NCBI GenBank assembly: GCA_023247445.1
Contig: JAHFGL010000003.1
Coordinates: 78,128-142,127 of the forward strand
Direction: 5' to 3'
DNA: 64,000 nucleotides
From: Candidatus Omnitrophota bacterium
GTDB lineage: Bacteria > Omnitrophota > Gorgyraeia > Zapsychrales > Zapsychraceae
Shown in pieces: positions 39,263 through 49,233 of the stretch. The notes beneath the pieces are model-generated. The model saw only the letters and a program-made list of their open reading frames with translations. It made no database searches and was not told the origin of the DNA. Within the stretch, counting starts at the first letter, position 1. Each line of letters opens with the position of its first letter. The position numbers and the translations under genes are program-made.

Positions 39263-40330
39263 ATGTCGATCCAGACAATTAAGTGGAACAAAGGTGTTGC
39301 CAAAATAATTGATCAGACAAAACTTCCCAATAAATTGGAATATATTTATTGTCGCGATGTCGAAATAATGTGGGACGCGATTAAAAGATTGTGTGTCCGC
39401 GGCGCGCCGGCGTTAGGAGTCGCGGCGGCGTTTGGGGTTTTGTTAGGACTTAAAGAATTCAAAGGACAAGATACGAAGGCATTCCTCAAACATATCAAAA
39501 AGGTTTGCGATTATATTGGAACCTCGCGTCCAACAGCGGTCAATTTGTTTAATGCGTTAGAACAGATGAAGGCCGTCGCGTTTAAGAATCAAAATGTTTC
39601 TGTAGCCAAGCTAAAAGCAATCTTAGAAAAAGAAGCTTTGTCAATATTCGAAGAAGATCGCCGCGTTTGCCGCCGGATGGGAGAGTTTGGTGCTAACCTT
39701 ATTCCAAATAATAGTCAGATTATGACCGTTTGTAACGCCGGTGCGCTGGCCACTGTTGATTATGGAACAGCGTTGGGAGTAATGTACAAGGCCAAAGAAA
39801 AAGGAAAAAAATTTAAGGTGTATGCCTGCGAGACGCGGCCGCTCTTGCAAGGCGCGCGTTTAACCGCGTGGGAACTTTTACAAGAAAATATTCATACGAC
39901 ACTAATTTGCGATAACATGGCGGCGAGCTTGATGAAGAAGGGAAAGGTCGATGCTATTTTTGCCGGTGCGGATCGGATTGCTTCTAATGGAGATACAGCG
40001 AACAAAATTGGAACTTATAGTCTTGCAGTTTTGGCCAAACATCACCATGTTCCCTTTTATATTGTGGCACCATACTCAACGTTTGATTTAACAATTAAAA
40101 GCGGAAAAGAAATTCCTATTGAGGAGCGTAGTGCCTCGGAGGTCACCAATTTTCGTGGTGTGGTCACCGCCCCCGCCAACGTGAACGTCTATAATCCTGC
40201 CTTTGATGTAACAGACCATAAACTTATTACGGCGATTGTCACCGAAGCTGGTATCATCCGTCCGCCGTTTCGTCAGAATATTAAGAGAATATTTAATCAC
40301 AAGGGTCAAGGGGCAAGGACCAAGGAGTAG
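39263..40330 (+). CDS. mtnA: S-methyl-5-thioribose-1-phosphate isomerase (eIF-2B alpha/beta/delta family).
   Basis: 355 aa with the characteristic MtnA/eIF2B-like fold motifs (GAPALGV, TRPTAVNL, CNAGALAT). Confidence 0.75.
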   Translation: MSIQTIKWNKGVAKIIDQTKLPNKLEYIYCRDVEIMWDAIKRLCVRGAPALGVAAAFGVLLGLKEFKGQDTKAFLKHIKKVCDYIGTSRPTAVNLFNALEQMKAVAFKNQNVSVAKLKAILEKEALSIFEEDRRVCRRMGEFGANLIPNNSQIMTVCNAGALATVDYGTALGVMYKAKEKGKKFKVYACETRPLLQGARLTAWELLQENIHTTLICDNMAASLMKKGKVDAIFAGADRIASNGDTANKIGTYSLAVLAKHHHVPFYIVAPYSTFDLTIKSGKEIPIEERSASEVTNFRGVVTAPANVNVYNPAFDVTDHKLITAIVTEAGIIRPPFRQNIKRIFNHKGQGARTKE

Positions 40331-40376
40331 GGTTTCTTCATGACCCTTGCGCCTTGCTACTTGACCCAGCGAGTTT

Positions 40377-41273
40377 ATGAAAAAAATTTCCGACATCGGT
40401 GAATTTGGATTTATTGATCTGATTAAGAAGCAGATTGGATCATCCTCGATTATTAAGGGAATCGGCGATGATACGGCGGTTGTCAATTTTAGCGCTGACA
40501 AGTATTTACTTTTAACAACAGACATGTTGGTCGAAGGCGTTCATTTTACACGAGCGATGTCGGCGAAAGCGATCGGTCATAAAGCGATTGGCTGTAATAT
40601 CAGTGATATCGCCGCGATGGGAGGTCTTCCTAAATATGCAGTAGTTTCAATTGGTTTATCAGGAAATTTATCGATTAAGTTTGCTACAGATATTTATGCG
40701 GGGATGAATCAACTCGCCAAGAAGTTTGGCGTTGTGATTGTCGGTGGTGATACGGTAAAGTCATCAAAACTGATTATCAATGTTGCTTTGACAGGTGAGG
40801 TTAAAAAAGATAAAGTTGTCCTGCGATCGGGTGCGAAAAAGGGCGATCAGATTTTTGTCACCGGAGCACTGGGAAAATCATTCTCAAGCGGCCGACATTT
40901 AACATTTACGCCGCGGCTTTTGCCATCACAATATTTGGTGAAACATTTCAAACCAACGGCGATGATTGATATCTCCGATGGCCTTGCCGCTGATTTAGGA
41001 CATGTTTTGGAAGAAAGTAACGTGGGCGCGATCATCGATGAAAAATGCATTCCGCGACATCAGGGAGCAAGTTTTAATAATGCTTTGCATGATGGCGAAG
41101 ACTTTGAGCTTCTTTTTACGTTATCCAGGGCTCAAGCGCAGCGATTAAAGAGCAAAAAAGATTTTAAGTTTTATCATATCGGTGAAATAACATCGGATAA
41201 AAACAAGTTGAGGTTAATTGATAAATTTGGACAGAGCCGAATTCTTGGCCAAAAAGGTTTTGTACATTTTTAG
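40377..41273 (+). CDS. thiL: Thiamine-monophosphate kinase.
   Basis: 298 aa PurM-like (AIR synthase related) with GDDTAV and TTDMLVEGVHF. Confidence 0.75.
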   Translation: MKKISDIGEFGFIDLIKKQIGSSSIIKGIGDDTAVVNFSADKYLLLTTDMLVEGVHFTRAMSAKAIGHKAIGCNISDIAAMGGLPKYAVVSIGLSGNLSIKFATDIYAGMNQLAKKFGVVIVGGDTVKSSKLIINVALTGEVKKDKVVLRSGAKKGDQIFVTGALGKSFSSGRHLTFTPRLLPSQYLVKHFKPTAMIDISDGLAADLGHVLEESNVGAIIDEKCIPRHQGASFNNALHDGEDFELLFTLSRAQAQRLKSKKDFKFYHIGEITSDKNKLRLIDKFGQSRILGQKGFVHF

Positions 41274-41276
41274 ATG

Positions 41277-41362
41277 AAGATAGAAGGGAGAAGATGGAAA
41301 ATGGATGAAGATGGAAAGTAGAATAAGATCATTCCACATTCTATTGTCCATCCTCTATTTTC
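41277..41362. repeat. GAAGATGGA-rich long imperfect hairpin element (copy 2).
   Basis: GAAGATAGAAGGGAGAAGATGGAAAATGGATGAAGATGGAAAGTAGAAT // ATTCTATTGTCCATCCTCTATTTTCCC, immediately after the thiL stop. Confidence 0.7.
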
Positions 41363-41372
41363 CCGCTCCATA

Positions 41373-41819
41373 ATGATCACATTTATATCCAATAGTCCAG
41401 AGACCACAGCTAAGTTTGGCGAACGATTAGCAAAAAAGCTAAAGCCTGGGGATATCCTCTGTCTTACTGGAGATTTAGGAACTGGCAAGACGACGTTTGT
41501 AAAGGGATTGGCGAAAGGATTAAAGGTTGATCAGGCAAAGGTGAGCAGTCCGACATTTGTTGTGATGAATTGCTACGATGGCAAACTTCCTTTATACCAT
41601 TTTGATTTGTATCGCCTTGAAGATATTAAGGAGATGGGCGCGATTGGTTATGATGAGTTTCTGTATGGCGAGGGGATTGCGGTGATTGAATGGGCTGAGC
41701 GACTTAAAGAACTCATGCCAAAAGAATATTTACAGATTCAATTAGAACATCAGGGACCGAATGAACGCGTAATTAAATTAAATGCAATTGGAAAACGATA
41801 TGAAACTCTTATCAATTGA
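41373..41819 (+). CDS. tsaE: tRNA t6A biosynthesis ATPase TsaE (YjeE).
   Basis: 148 aa with P-loop GDLGTGKTT. Confidence 0.8.
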   Translation: MITFISNSPETTAKFGERLAKKLKPGDILCLTGDLGTGKTTFVKGLAKGLKVDQAKVSSPTFVVMNCYDGKLPLYHFDLYRLEDIKEMGAIGYDEFLYGEGIAVIEWAERLKELMPKEYLQIQLEHQGPNERVIKLNAIGKRYETLIN

Positions 41820-42459
41820 CACCTCAACAAAAAACTTTAGCTTAAGCATCTCTGATCAAGGTAAAGTTTTGTCGCAGACGAATATTAAGCTCGATAAAAT
41901 TCTCTCAGACTCGATTATTCCCGCGATCGAGCAGATCCTTAAGAAAACAAAATTGTCGTTAGAGAAGTTGGATGGATTTGTTGTTGGGTTGGGTCCGGGT
42001 TCATTTACAAGTTTACGTGTCGGACTATCAACAATCAAGGCGTTTGCTTTTGTTCATAACAAACCTGTTGTGGGAATCTCAAGTTTAGATGCGATTGCGA
42101 TGGGGTTAAAAGAAGATGGTTCCGTTTGCGTGATTACCGATGCCCGACGGGAAATGGTTTATGCCTGTTTGTATGAAAAAAATAAAGGACAACTTACGCG
42201 AAGCAGTGATTATTTGCTGACATCGGTTAGTGATTTGTTAACAAAGATCAAAGGCCGTCCTATTTTTGTTGGCGATGGAGTTCCTCTGCTCAAGAATGAG
42301 GATGAAAAATATTCAACGGCCCAAGAAGATTTTTGGTATCCACAGGCTAAATTTTTTGTTCCACTGGCTTTGGATCGATTTAAAGCAAAAAAAACAGATA
42401 ATGTTTCAAAAATGGTTCCACTTTATTTATATCCCGAAGATTGCCAGGTTCAACGATGA
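41799..42459 (+). CDS. tsaB: tRNA t6A biosynthesis protein TsaB (YeaZ).
   Basis: About 220 aa beginning MKLLSIDTST (ATG at 41799); inactive Kae1 paralog fold. Confidence 0.75.
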
Positions 42460-43616
42460 AAAATAGTGGCGAACATTTAACGTGGGCCGAAGTAGATTTA
42501 AAAGCCATTGAACATAATCTTCAAGAGATCCGTCGGCTTTCGCTACGTAACCAATTTGTTATTTCTACCCGCAAGAAATCAAAACAACCCATTGAGATCC
42601 TGACAGTGATTAAAGCCGATGCCTATGGGCACGGGATGGATCGCGTGGGGTGTTTGTTGAATAAGCTGGGTGTAAATTATTTTGCGGTATCTGATGTTTG
42701 CGAGGGAATTGAACTTAGAAAAGTTGGTATCAAAAAGCCAATCTTGTTATTAGAAAGCACGTTGCCGGAGCTCGCCAAGAAAATTGTCGATCACGATTTA
42801 ATGCCGACGGTTTGTACGATGGAGCTCGCTCATGCGCTTAATCGCTACGCGCAAAAAATTAAGCGGCATATTCACATTCATATTAAAGTCGACACGGGTA
42901 TGGGTCGTTTGGGCATTTGGCATGAAGAGGCGTTTGATTTTATTCAAAACATTTTCAAATTAAGATATTTAACTGTTCAAGGCATCTATACGCATTTTCC
43001 GTCGGCTGACACAGACAAGAAATTTACTTTAGGCCAGATTAAGAGTCTGTATGATTTGGTGTTGCGCTTGGACCGTAGCGGACTCATCATTCCTTATATC
43101 CATGCTTCCAATAGCATGGGGTTGGCCGGCTATGAAACCAAAGTCCTTAACCTGGTTCGTCCAGGACTGATGATTTATGGATTATATCCGGATGCGCAGC
43201 TTAAGAAGAAAGTTAATTTGCATCCCGCGCTGAGCGTTAAATCAAAAGTTATTTTTGTTAAAGAGCTCAAAAAAGGACGCAGCGTCAGTTATGGCCGGAC
43301 GTTTATTGCAAAGAAGAATATTACCGTTGCCACGATTCCTGTTGGTTATAGCGATGGATATTTGCGTGGGCTTTCGAACAAGGCTTCTGTTTTGATTGAT
43401 GGGAAACGTTGTCCCGTCATTGGACGTGTGACGATGGATCAAATTGTCGTTGATGTTTCCGCGATCAAGAAAGTTAAGTTAGGAATGCCCGTTGTTATCT
43501 TAGGTTCCCAAGGACGGGAATGTATTTCCGCTGATGAATTAGCCAACCATAGCGCCACGATCAATTACGAGATTGTCTGTAATTTAGGCAATCGCCTGCC
43601 ACGAATTTACATTTAA
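42456..43616 (+). CDS. alr: Alanine racemase.
   Basis: About 386 aa with a PLP-lysine region (VIKADAYGHG) and C-terminal beta domain. Confidence 0.85.
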   Translation: MKNSGEHLTWAEVDLKAIEHNLQEIRRLSLRNQFVISTRKKSKQPIEILTVIKADAYGHGMDRVGCLLNKLGVNYFAVSDVCEGIELRKVGIKKPILLLESTLPELAKKIVDHDLMPTVCTMELAHALNRYAQKIKRHIHIHIKVDTGMGRLGIWHEEAFDFIQNIFKLRYLTVQGIYTHFPSADTDKKFTLGQIKSLYDLVLRLDRSGLIIPYIHASNSMGLAGYETKVLNLVRPGLMIYGLYPDAQLKKKVNLHPALSVKSKVIFVKELKKGRSVSYGRTFIAKKNITVATIPVGYSDGYLRGLSNKASVLIDGKRCPVIGRVTMDQIVVDVSAIKKVKLGMPVVILGSQGRECISADELANHSATINYEIVCNLGNRLPRIYI

Positions 43617-44722
43617 CTGAAATTTGATTCGATTAGAATAAGTGCAATCGAGGTGAAAACAAAAGGGGCCGCCCATGCCGCGAATACGGGAGGGAATAAT
43701 CCGCCTTTGCCAAAGGCCAGCGCGAGCGCGTTAACGACGTAGTAGAGAAAACCAATTAAGACCGCAATCCCCAGCGATGTAAAGGTCATCCCTTTACGAT
43801 TTTTAACAATCATCGCAAATGGAAGTCCAACGAGCACAATGACAAAATTTCCGATGGGGTAGGCAATCTTTTGCTGCAGATCAACACGTAAATTGTTAAG
43901 GGCCTTGGTGGCACCACTTCGTGAAAAACGAGAAATATAGTCACTGAGCTCCCGCAGATTCATCGATCCGACATCAATTCGTTGCTGCATAAAATCTTCA
44001 GGCGTTTCTTTAATGTCCATTAGCTTTTCGTCATAAACTTTTACCTTTGTCGGATTATTTAAACTAACACTATCAAACTCTGTAACTTGGCATTGGAAAA
44101 ACTTCCACGCAAGACCGATCCATTTGCCCTTTAAGGCAACAACTTTCTGACGGACATTTTGATTTTCATCATGCTCGATAATGGTGATTCCTTCGAGTTC
44201 ATTTGTGTTGGGATCATAGGCATCAACGTAGTAAAGCCTATTTTTTAATCCATAAAAGGTAAGGTTACTAATTTTTGCTTTATTCTTCTTTAAACGGTCG
44301 ACCTCAAGAATCATATGCTCATTGCGGATTTGTTTCGTGCTTTGGCTGGCCATCGGCACATAGCGTTCATTAAGCCAGAAAACGATGACGGAAATTAGTA
44401 AGGCAAAATAAAGAGCGGGTTTTATAATTTGCCAGAAATTCATCCCGCTGGAACGCATGGCCAGAACTTCATTGTCATTATTAAGACGGCTAAAGGTAAA
44501 AAGCGTTGAGATCAGGCAGGCAATGGAGGCGGTTTGAACTAAAATGATAGGTAAGTAAGATAAGTAATATTTAACTAATATATCGAAGGGAATTCTTCGA
44601 TCGATAATTTCATCGAGGGTACTGGTGACATCAATGACAACATACAGGAAAGAAAAAATAAATACTGTAATGATAAAGATTGAGAGAATTGATTTGGTAA
44701 TATGGCGGTCTATGATACGCAT
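43613..44722 (-). CDS. lptG: LPS export ABC permease LptG (YjgP/YjgQ family).
   Basis: 369 aa, 6 TM with a periplasmic beta-jellyroll. It is the second gene of a tandem pair. Confidence 0.7.
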   Translation of the reverse strand: MRIIDRHITKSILSIFIITVFIFSFLYVVIDVTSTLDEIIDRRIPFDILVKYYLSYLPIILVQTASIACLISTLFTFSRLNNDNEVLAMRSSGMNFWQIIKPALYFALLISVIVFWLNERYVPMASQSTKQIRNEHMILEVDRLKKNKAKISNLTFYGLKNRLYYVDAYDPNTNELEGITIIEHDENQNVRQKVVALKGKWIGLAWKFFQCQVTEFDSVSLNNPTKVKVYDEKLMDIKETPEDFMQQRIDVGSMNLRELSDYISRFSRSGATKALNNLRVDLQQKIAYPIGNFVIVLVGLPFAMIVKNRKGMTFTSLGIAVLIGFLYYVVNALALAFGKGGLFPPVFAAWAAPFVFTSIALILIESNFS

Positions 44723-45795
44723 TTGTAGTTTAGGTAGAGCGCAAACGTTCCAGCGATGATATTAGGAACCCACATAATCAGGGCTGGTGAAACAATATTT
44801 TTTATACTCAAGGCTTCACAGCCTAAGGAAAGTAAATAGTAAAAGGCCGCGCAAAGAATCGCCAAGACAATGTTCGCCGATTTTTCCCGTTTATGGGTGA
44901 TGACCGCCATGGGAAATCCTAGGAGAATAAAAAAGAGCGCTGAAAAAGACCAGGTGATTTTACGAAAATATTCGGTTTCCAATTGGGCAGTATCAATAAA
45001 GAGTCGCTGGAGTTTGTTGATTTCAGCTTTTAATTCTTTAAAGGTCATTCCTTTTGGTTTCTTTTCGACTTTTGCGCTGTCTTTTGATAAGTCTAACGTC
45101 ATAAAATAGTTTTTAAAATTCAATTTATAAAAATTTTTAGGGTTGTCAGCATCAGGCTCATCGGAGGTTCCATCCATTAATTTTAATTTGATTTGATCAG
45201 TTCCCGGGACGGGAGTAAATTCACCACGCTTGGCAATAATGGTTCGTGTTGGGGCATCTGTCTGCGGTTGATAAATAGTGATATTGTAGAGATTGTTTCC
45301 ATCGATCTTATGAATAAACAAAACCTGATTGTTAAACGAATGGATGAAGATGCCTTCTTCTAAAAGCGCGGTTGGGTTATTAACACCAATATTTTTTAGC
45401 ATCTTTTGTTGCTCGTAATGAGCATACGGGATGACGCGTTCATTTAAAATAATGGCAAATAAACTCATGACAATGCCAACAATAAATAAGGGAAATAATA
45501 ATTTGGTTAAATGGATGCCGCTGGTGCGAAGCGCTAATATTTCATTATCGGCCGATAAGCGGCTGAAGGTGATAATGATGCTTACCAGACATGCAATCGG
45601 CAGTGTATATCCCAAAAGGACAGGAATATAGAGGAAAAAGACACGTCCGATCGTGGATAAGCTAACCCCCTTATTAACAACGAGATTTGTTAACTGAATC
45701 AGGTTTCCTAAAAGAAATACACAGGTTAAGACCGCTAAAGAGAGGATGAAGGGAAGAATGATTTCTTTTAATATATAGGTGCGGATGATTTTCAT
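44710..45795 (-). CDS. lptF: LPS export ABC permease LptF (YjgP/YjgQ family).
   Basis: 361 aa with the same architecture. It is the first gene of the pair. Confidence 0.7.
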   Translation of the reverse strand: MKIIRTYILKEIILPFILSLAVLTCVFLLGNLIQLTNLVVNKGVSLSTIGRVFFLYIPVLLGYTLPIACLVSIIITFSRLSADNEILALRTSGIHLTKLLFPLFIVGIVMSLFAIILNERVIPYAHYEQQKMLKNIGVNNPTALLEEGIFIHSFNNQVLFIHKIDGNNLYNITIYQPQTDAPTRTIIAKRGEFTPVPGTDQIKLKLMDGTSDEPDADNPKNFYKLNFKNYFMTLDLSKDSAKVEKKPKGMTFKELKAEINKLQRLFIDTAQLETEYFRKITWSFSALFFILLGFPMAVITHKREKSANIVLAILCAAFYYLLSLGCEALSIKNIVSPALIMWVPNIIAGTFALYLNYKCVS

Positions 45796-46535
45796 TAGAT
45801 TGTAATCGCCAAGGTCAATACTCCAACGGTTTTGGCACCGGAATTCTTCAGTGTTCGTGCAGCTTCAGAAGCTGTTGCCCCTGTTGTTAAGAGATCATCA
45901 ATGAGAAGGATATTTTTGTTTAATAGCTGATTAGAATGTTTTATTCTAAAAGCACCGTGGATGTTTGTCCAGCGTTCTTTTTGACTAAAGAGCAATGTTT
46001 GCGATTTTGTATGACGAGATCTGCAAAAATTGTTTAACGATAGCGGAAGATCAAAGGCGTTCGCGATTTTTTCCGCTAAGAGTTGCGATTGATTAAAGCC
46101 TCGTTCGCGTAAACGTGTTATCGAAAGCGGAATCGGCATGAGGCAATCAAATTGGTGGATATCGAAAGAATATCTTTTGATAAAATCGATCATTAGATTG
46201 GCAAAGGTATGTCGCCAGAGAGATTTTTGATGGTATTTAAATTGATGAATAAGATTATCAAGCGGCGGGCGATAAAGACAGGTTCCCCAGGCAAAATCAA
46301 AGTCAGGTTTATGTAAAAGGCAATGATGACATTGGGCCGTGTCCATCTCAAGTAAATGTCGTGAGCATTTGGGGCAAAAGGGAGGGAAGTTAAATTTTAG
46401 ATCTTCTAGGCATTTTGGACAGAGAATCTCATTGGCGGGGAGTAGAGAGGTAATGTGTTTTTTACATATTAAACAATTCGGGGGATACACTAGATCGCTT
46501 AAGCCGTGTAATAGCTCATCAAGCACAAGGGGCAT
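45795..46535 (-). CDS. comF: ComF family protein (phosphoribosyltransferase-like).
   Basis: 246 aa with N-terminal Zn-finger Cys pairs (CLICKK, CPKC) and a C-terminal PRTase motif (ILLIDDLLTTGAT). Confidence 0.7.
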   Translation of the reverse strand: MPLVLDELLHGLSDLVYPPNCLICKKHITSLLPANEILCPKCLEDLKFNFPPFCPKCSRHLLEMDTAQCHHCLLHKPDFDFAWGTCLYRPPLDNLIHQFKYHQKSLWRHTFANLMIDFIKRYSFDIHQFDCLMPIPLSITRLRERGFNQSQLLAEKIANAFDLPLSLNNFCRSRHTKSQTLLFSQKERWTNIHGAFRIKHSNQLLNKNILLIDDLLTTGATASEAARTLKNSGAKTVGVLTLAITI

Positions 46536-46659
46536 GGTAACATTTTAGGTAGTTTTGGTCAAGGGAGTGCTAGGCGCAAGTTTGGGTTTACAAGTCGACC
46601 TGCGATCTTTATAATTCTTCCTAACATTTTATTTTAAATCAATTAAAGTTATAGTCACA

Positions 46660-48831
46660 ATGATTAATTTCAGATTTCTTTCTCTTTTTGTATTACTGAT
46701 TCTTATTAATATTCCCTTCTTCGATAGAAGCCACATCCCCCGCGATGATACGTTTTCTGTTTTTGAAATCTTCTATTTCTTTTATAACCATTTTTATTTT
46801 CATCACGAGATAGCTGCCTGGAATCCTTATAATTTTTATGGAATGCCGACTGGATATGGGCAGCTGATGGCGCTTTCTCCTCCCAGCTATCTTTGCTTTC
46901 TGGTTGGAACTATCTTAAAGATTACAGACACACTTTTTTTATTTAAACTTTCAATATTATTAGAACAATGCATTTTATTGTTCGGGATGTATCTACTGTG
47001 TGAGCAGATTTATAAATATAAATTCATAGGATTTTTGGTTTGTTTATCAATAATTACAAGTGCCAATTGGTATTCACACATCCATTTTAATCTACGGATT
47101 CTTTATTTATTACCTTTGATCTATTATCTTTTTCTCAAATTCTTTCTAAATCGAAAAGTACAATACTTTTGGTTAGGGAGCATCTGTTTTCTTATTTCTT
47201 TATTTGGGAATCCAGCGTATTTCTTGTTTTTGTGGATTTTTATACTTTTCTTTACGTTCTTAATATTTATCATCGATGACAAAACTATATTAAATAGATT
47301 TGAAAGTTTTAATAGGATAAGCGTTGTTTTGGTGGGGTTAGTTTTACTGCTTACTGCTTCTTTGGCTTATATTTTCTATGATGCTCGTCAATTTTCTGAT
47401 TTGGTTTCTATGTCAAGACAGACCAACGGGGCCAATGATATCAATACGTTTTTAGTTTATGGAGAAAAAAACAATTTTTCGACAATGGTGGATTGGATAT
47501 TTTTACAAAAAGAAAGAGTTTATATTGGGATTTTACCGGTTTTATTTTATTTCTTAGCTTTTTATAAGATTAATCGAATAGAACAGAAAGCCTTTCTAAT
47601 TGCTTCGATTGTTGTGACTTGGGTATCTTTTTCTGGGATTTTTTCCGTGGCAAGTTATTATTTCCCTGGGATGGCCTATTATCGGCACTTAGGACACACC
47701 TACGGCATAATTAAGATTTTGGTTCTTATTAGTGCTGGCTTTGGGTTGGAAAACTATTTGTCATGGGATGTCAAAAAGAAAACACAATATTTGTGGTGGT
47801 TTCTTTTTCTTTCTTTTTTCTTTCTTGATGGATTGGGGGTTTTTAAGGAGTATTTTATCTCCGCTTTAGAGACAAAAACGTTATGGCAGACAATCTTTGA
47901 TCTTAAGAATCATTTAGACATTATTCCAAGGTGGATGGTGTTTATAATTACAGTTGTTTTTATTTCAAGTGGTGTTTATGTAAACAACATTTTGGGTAAA
48001 GATAAAAGATCATTTTTGTCTGAAGGAGAACTTAGTAAGATAATTATTGGTTTGTTAGGTGTGGTGTTTATTTTTGATTTATTTGCTTCACAACGGTTAG
48101 TTTCTTTTGAACTAGATAAAAGAAGTTTAGAATCTCAAAAGTATGCAGATATTTTTAACGTTAATAAGCCAGGGTTTCAAATGTTGAGGGAAAATTTTCC
48201 TAATGGGCAACGCCAAAGAGATATCACCAGCTTTATCGAACGAAATGGTTTAAAATATGTTTCTGCTTATGGCTTTATGCAGTGGGATGTTTGTCATCCA
48301 GAGTTTCGGGTTGATTTTATGCCTAAAGGAGTGGAACGTTTTATCAACGCTCAGAGCTATGCCAATTCACAGGAGACTTTAAAAATTCTTGGCTGTCAAT
48401 GGCCTAAATTAAGGATCATAAGATCAGCAAATAATTTTCAGACAATCGAAGAAACGCAAGATTTTGTATCGCCGATTAATGTTGATAGTTTTTCTAATAA
48501 TGAGGTGACTGTTCGTGTAAACGTGGCTAGTGATAGTAACGCGTGGCTTGTGTATGCTGATTCTTTTCATCCAGGCTGGCAAGTCTTTGTTAATGGTCAA
48601 AAGAAGAAACTTTATGAAATATATTTAGCCTTTAAAGGTGTGTCTTTAGAAAAAGGCACAAATATCGTGCGGATGACATTTCGAAACAGCCCATATTATT
48701 GGGTGAGTCACTTCATTGCTTTCGTTGGACTTAGCTCCAGTGTCGTTTTGTTATGGTTTTTCCTGCAATTAATTTTCAAAAGACCAGAAACAGATTGCGG
48801 TACTTTTAAAGATTCATCTTGCCGCGTCTAA
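46660..48831 (+). CDS. Large polytopic membrane protein, possibly a YfhO-like or GT-C-type glycosyltransferase.
   Basis: 723 aa, very AT-rich, with >12 predicted TM helices and a C-terminal extracytoplasmic domain. Confidence 0.4.
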   Translation: MINFRFLSLFVLLILINIPFFDRSHIPRDDTFSVFEIFYFFYNHFYFHHEIAAWNPYNFYGMPTGYGQLMALSPPSYLCFLVGTILKITDTLFLFKLSILLEQCILLFGMYLLCEQIYKYKFIGFLVCLSIITSANWYSHIHFNLRILYLLPLIYYLFLKFFLNRKVQYFWLGSICFLISLFGNPAYFLFLWIFILFFTFLIFIIDDKTILNRFESFNRISVVLVGLVLLLTASLAYIFYDARQFSDLVSMSRQTNGANDINTFLVYGEKNNFSTMVDWIFLQKERVYIGILPVLFYFLAFYKINRIEQKAFLIASIVVTWVSFSGIFSVASYYFPGMAYYRHLGHTYGIIKILVLISAGFGLENYLSWDVKKKTQYLWWFLFLSFFFLDGLGVFKEYFISALETKTLWQTIFDLKNHLDIIPRWMVFIITVVFISSGVYVNNILGKDKRSFLSEGELSKIIIGLLGVVFIFDLFASQRLVSFELDKRSLESQKYADIFNVNKPGFQMLRENFPNGQRQRDITSFIERNGLKYVSAYGFMQWDVCHPEFRVDFMPKGVERFINAQSYANSQETLKILGCQWPKLRIIRSANNFQTIEETQDFVSPINVDSFSNNEVTVRVNVASDSNAWLVYADSFHPGWQVFVNGQKKKLYEIYLAFKGVSLEKGTNIVRMTFRNSPYYWVSHFIAFVGLSSSVVLLWFFLQLIFKRPETDCGTFKDSSCRV

Positions 48832-48906
48832 AAACGGTGGATATAATACAAACCAAAAAGGCCGCCAACCTTTAATTAAAAAGTTGGCGAGCCTCGCCAA
48901 ACAAAA

Positions 48907-49233
48907 ATGATGAAAGGCGGGAGAACTATGAAAAAGATTATTGCGCTTTTAATCATGATGGTTTTCTTAACCACACACGCGTTCGCTTTTCTTTATGAGG
49001 TAAAGGTTTATACCAAAGAAGAGATGCAAAGGTTAACTACGGATCAATTGATTGATGTTTTTAAAGATGCGGTTATTGAGCGCAAGGCCAGTGAAACCTT
49101 TCATGGCAAGGCGGGATTTACACCGAAAGAATATGAAAGTTATAAAAAACTTCTAGGGTTGATTGTTGCCCTGCGAGAAGAAATGAAAGTCAGAGAACTT
49201 GAACCGCCTCCTGTTGAAGATTGGTTGAGATAA
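48907..49233 (+). CDS. Hypothetical small secreted protein.
   Basis: 108-aa ORF. The likely start is MKKIIALLIMMVF at ~48928, with a signal peptide. Confidence 0.4.
   Translation: MMKGGRTMKKIIALLIMMVFLTTHAFAFLYEVKVYTKEEMQRLTTDQLIDVFKDAVIERKASETFHGKAGFTPKEYESYKKLLGLIVALREEMKVRELEPPPVEDWLR

Noticed and set aside
39152-41362. Possibility that the GAAGATGGA-rich repeats are a CRISPR array or CRISPR leader.
   Set aside because: There are only two copies 2 kb apart. They are internally palindromic rather than repeat-spacer-repeat, and no cas genes are nearby.
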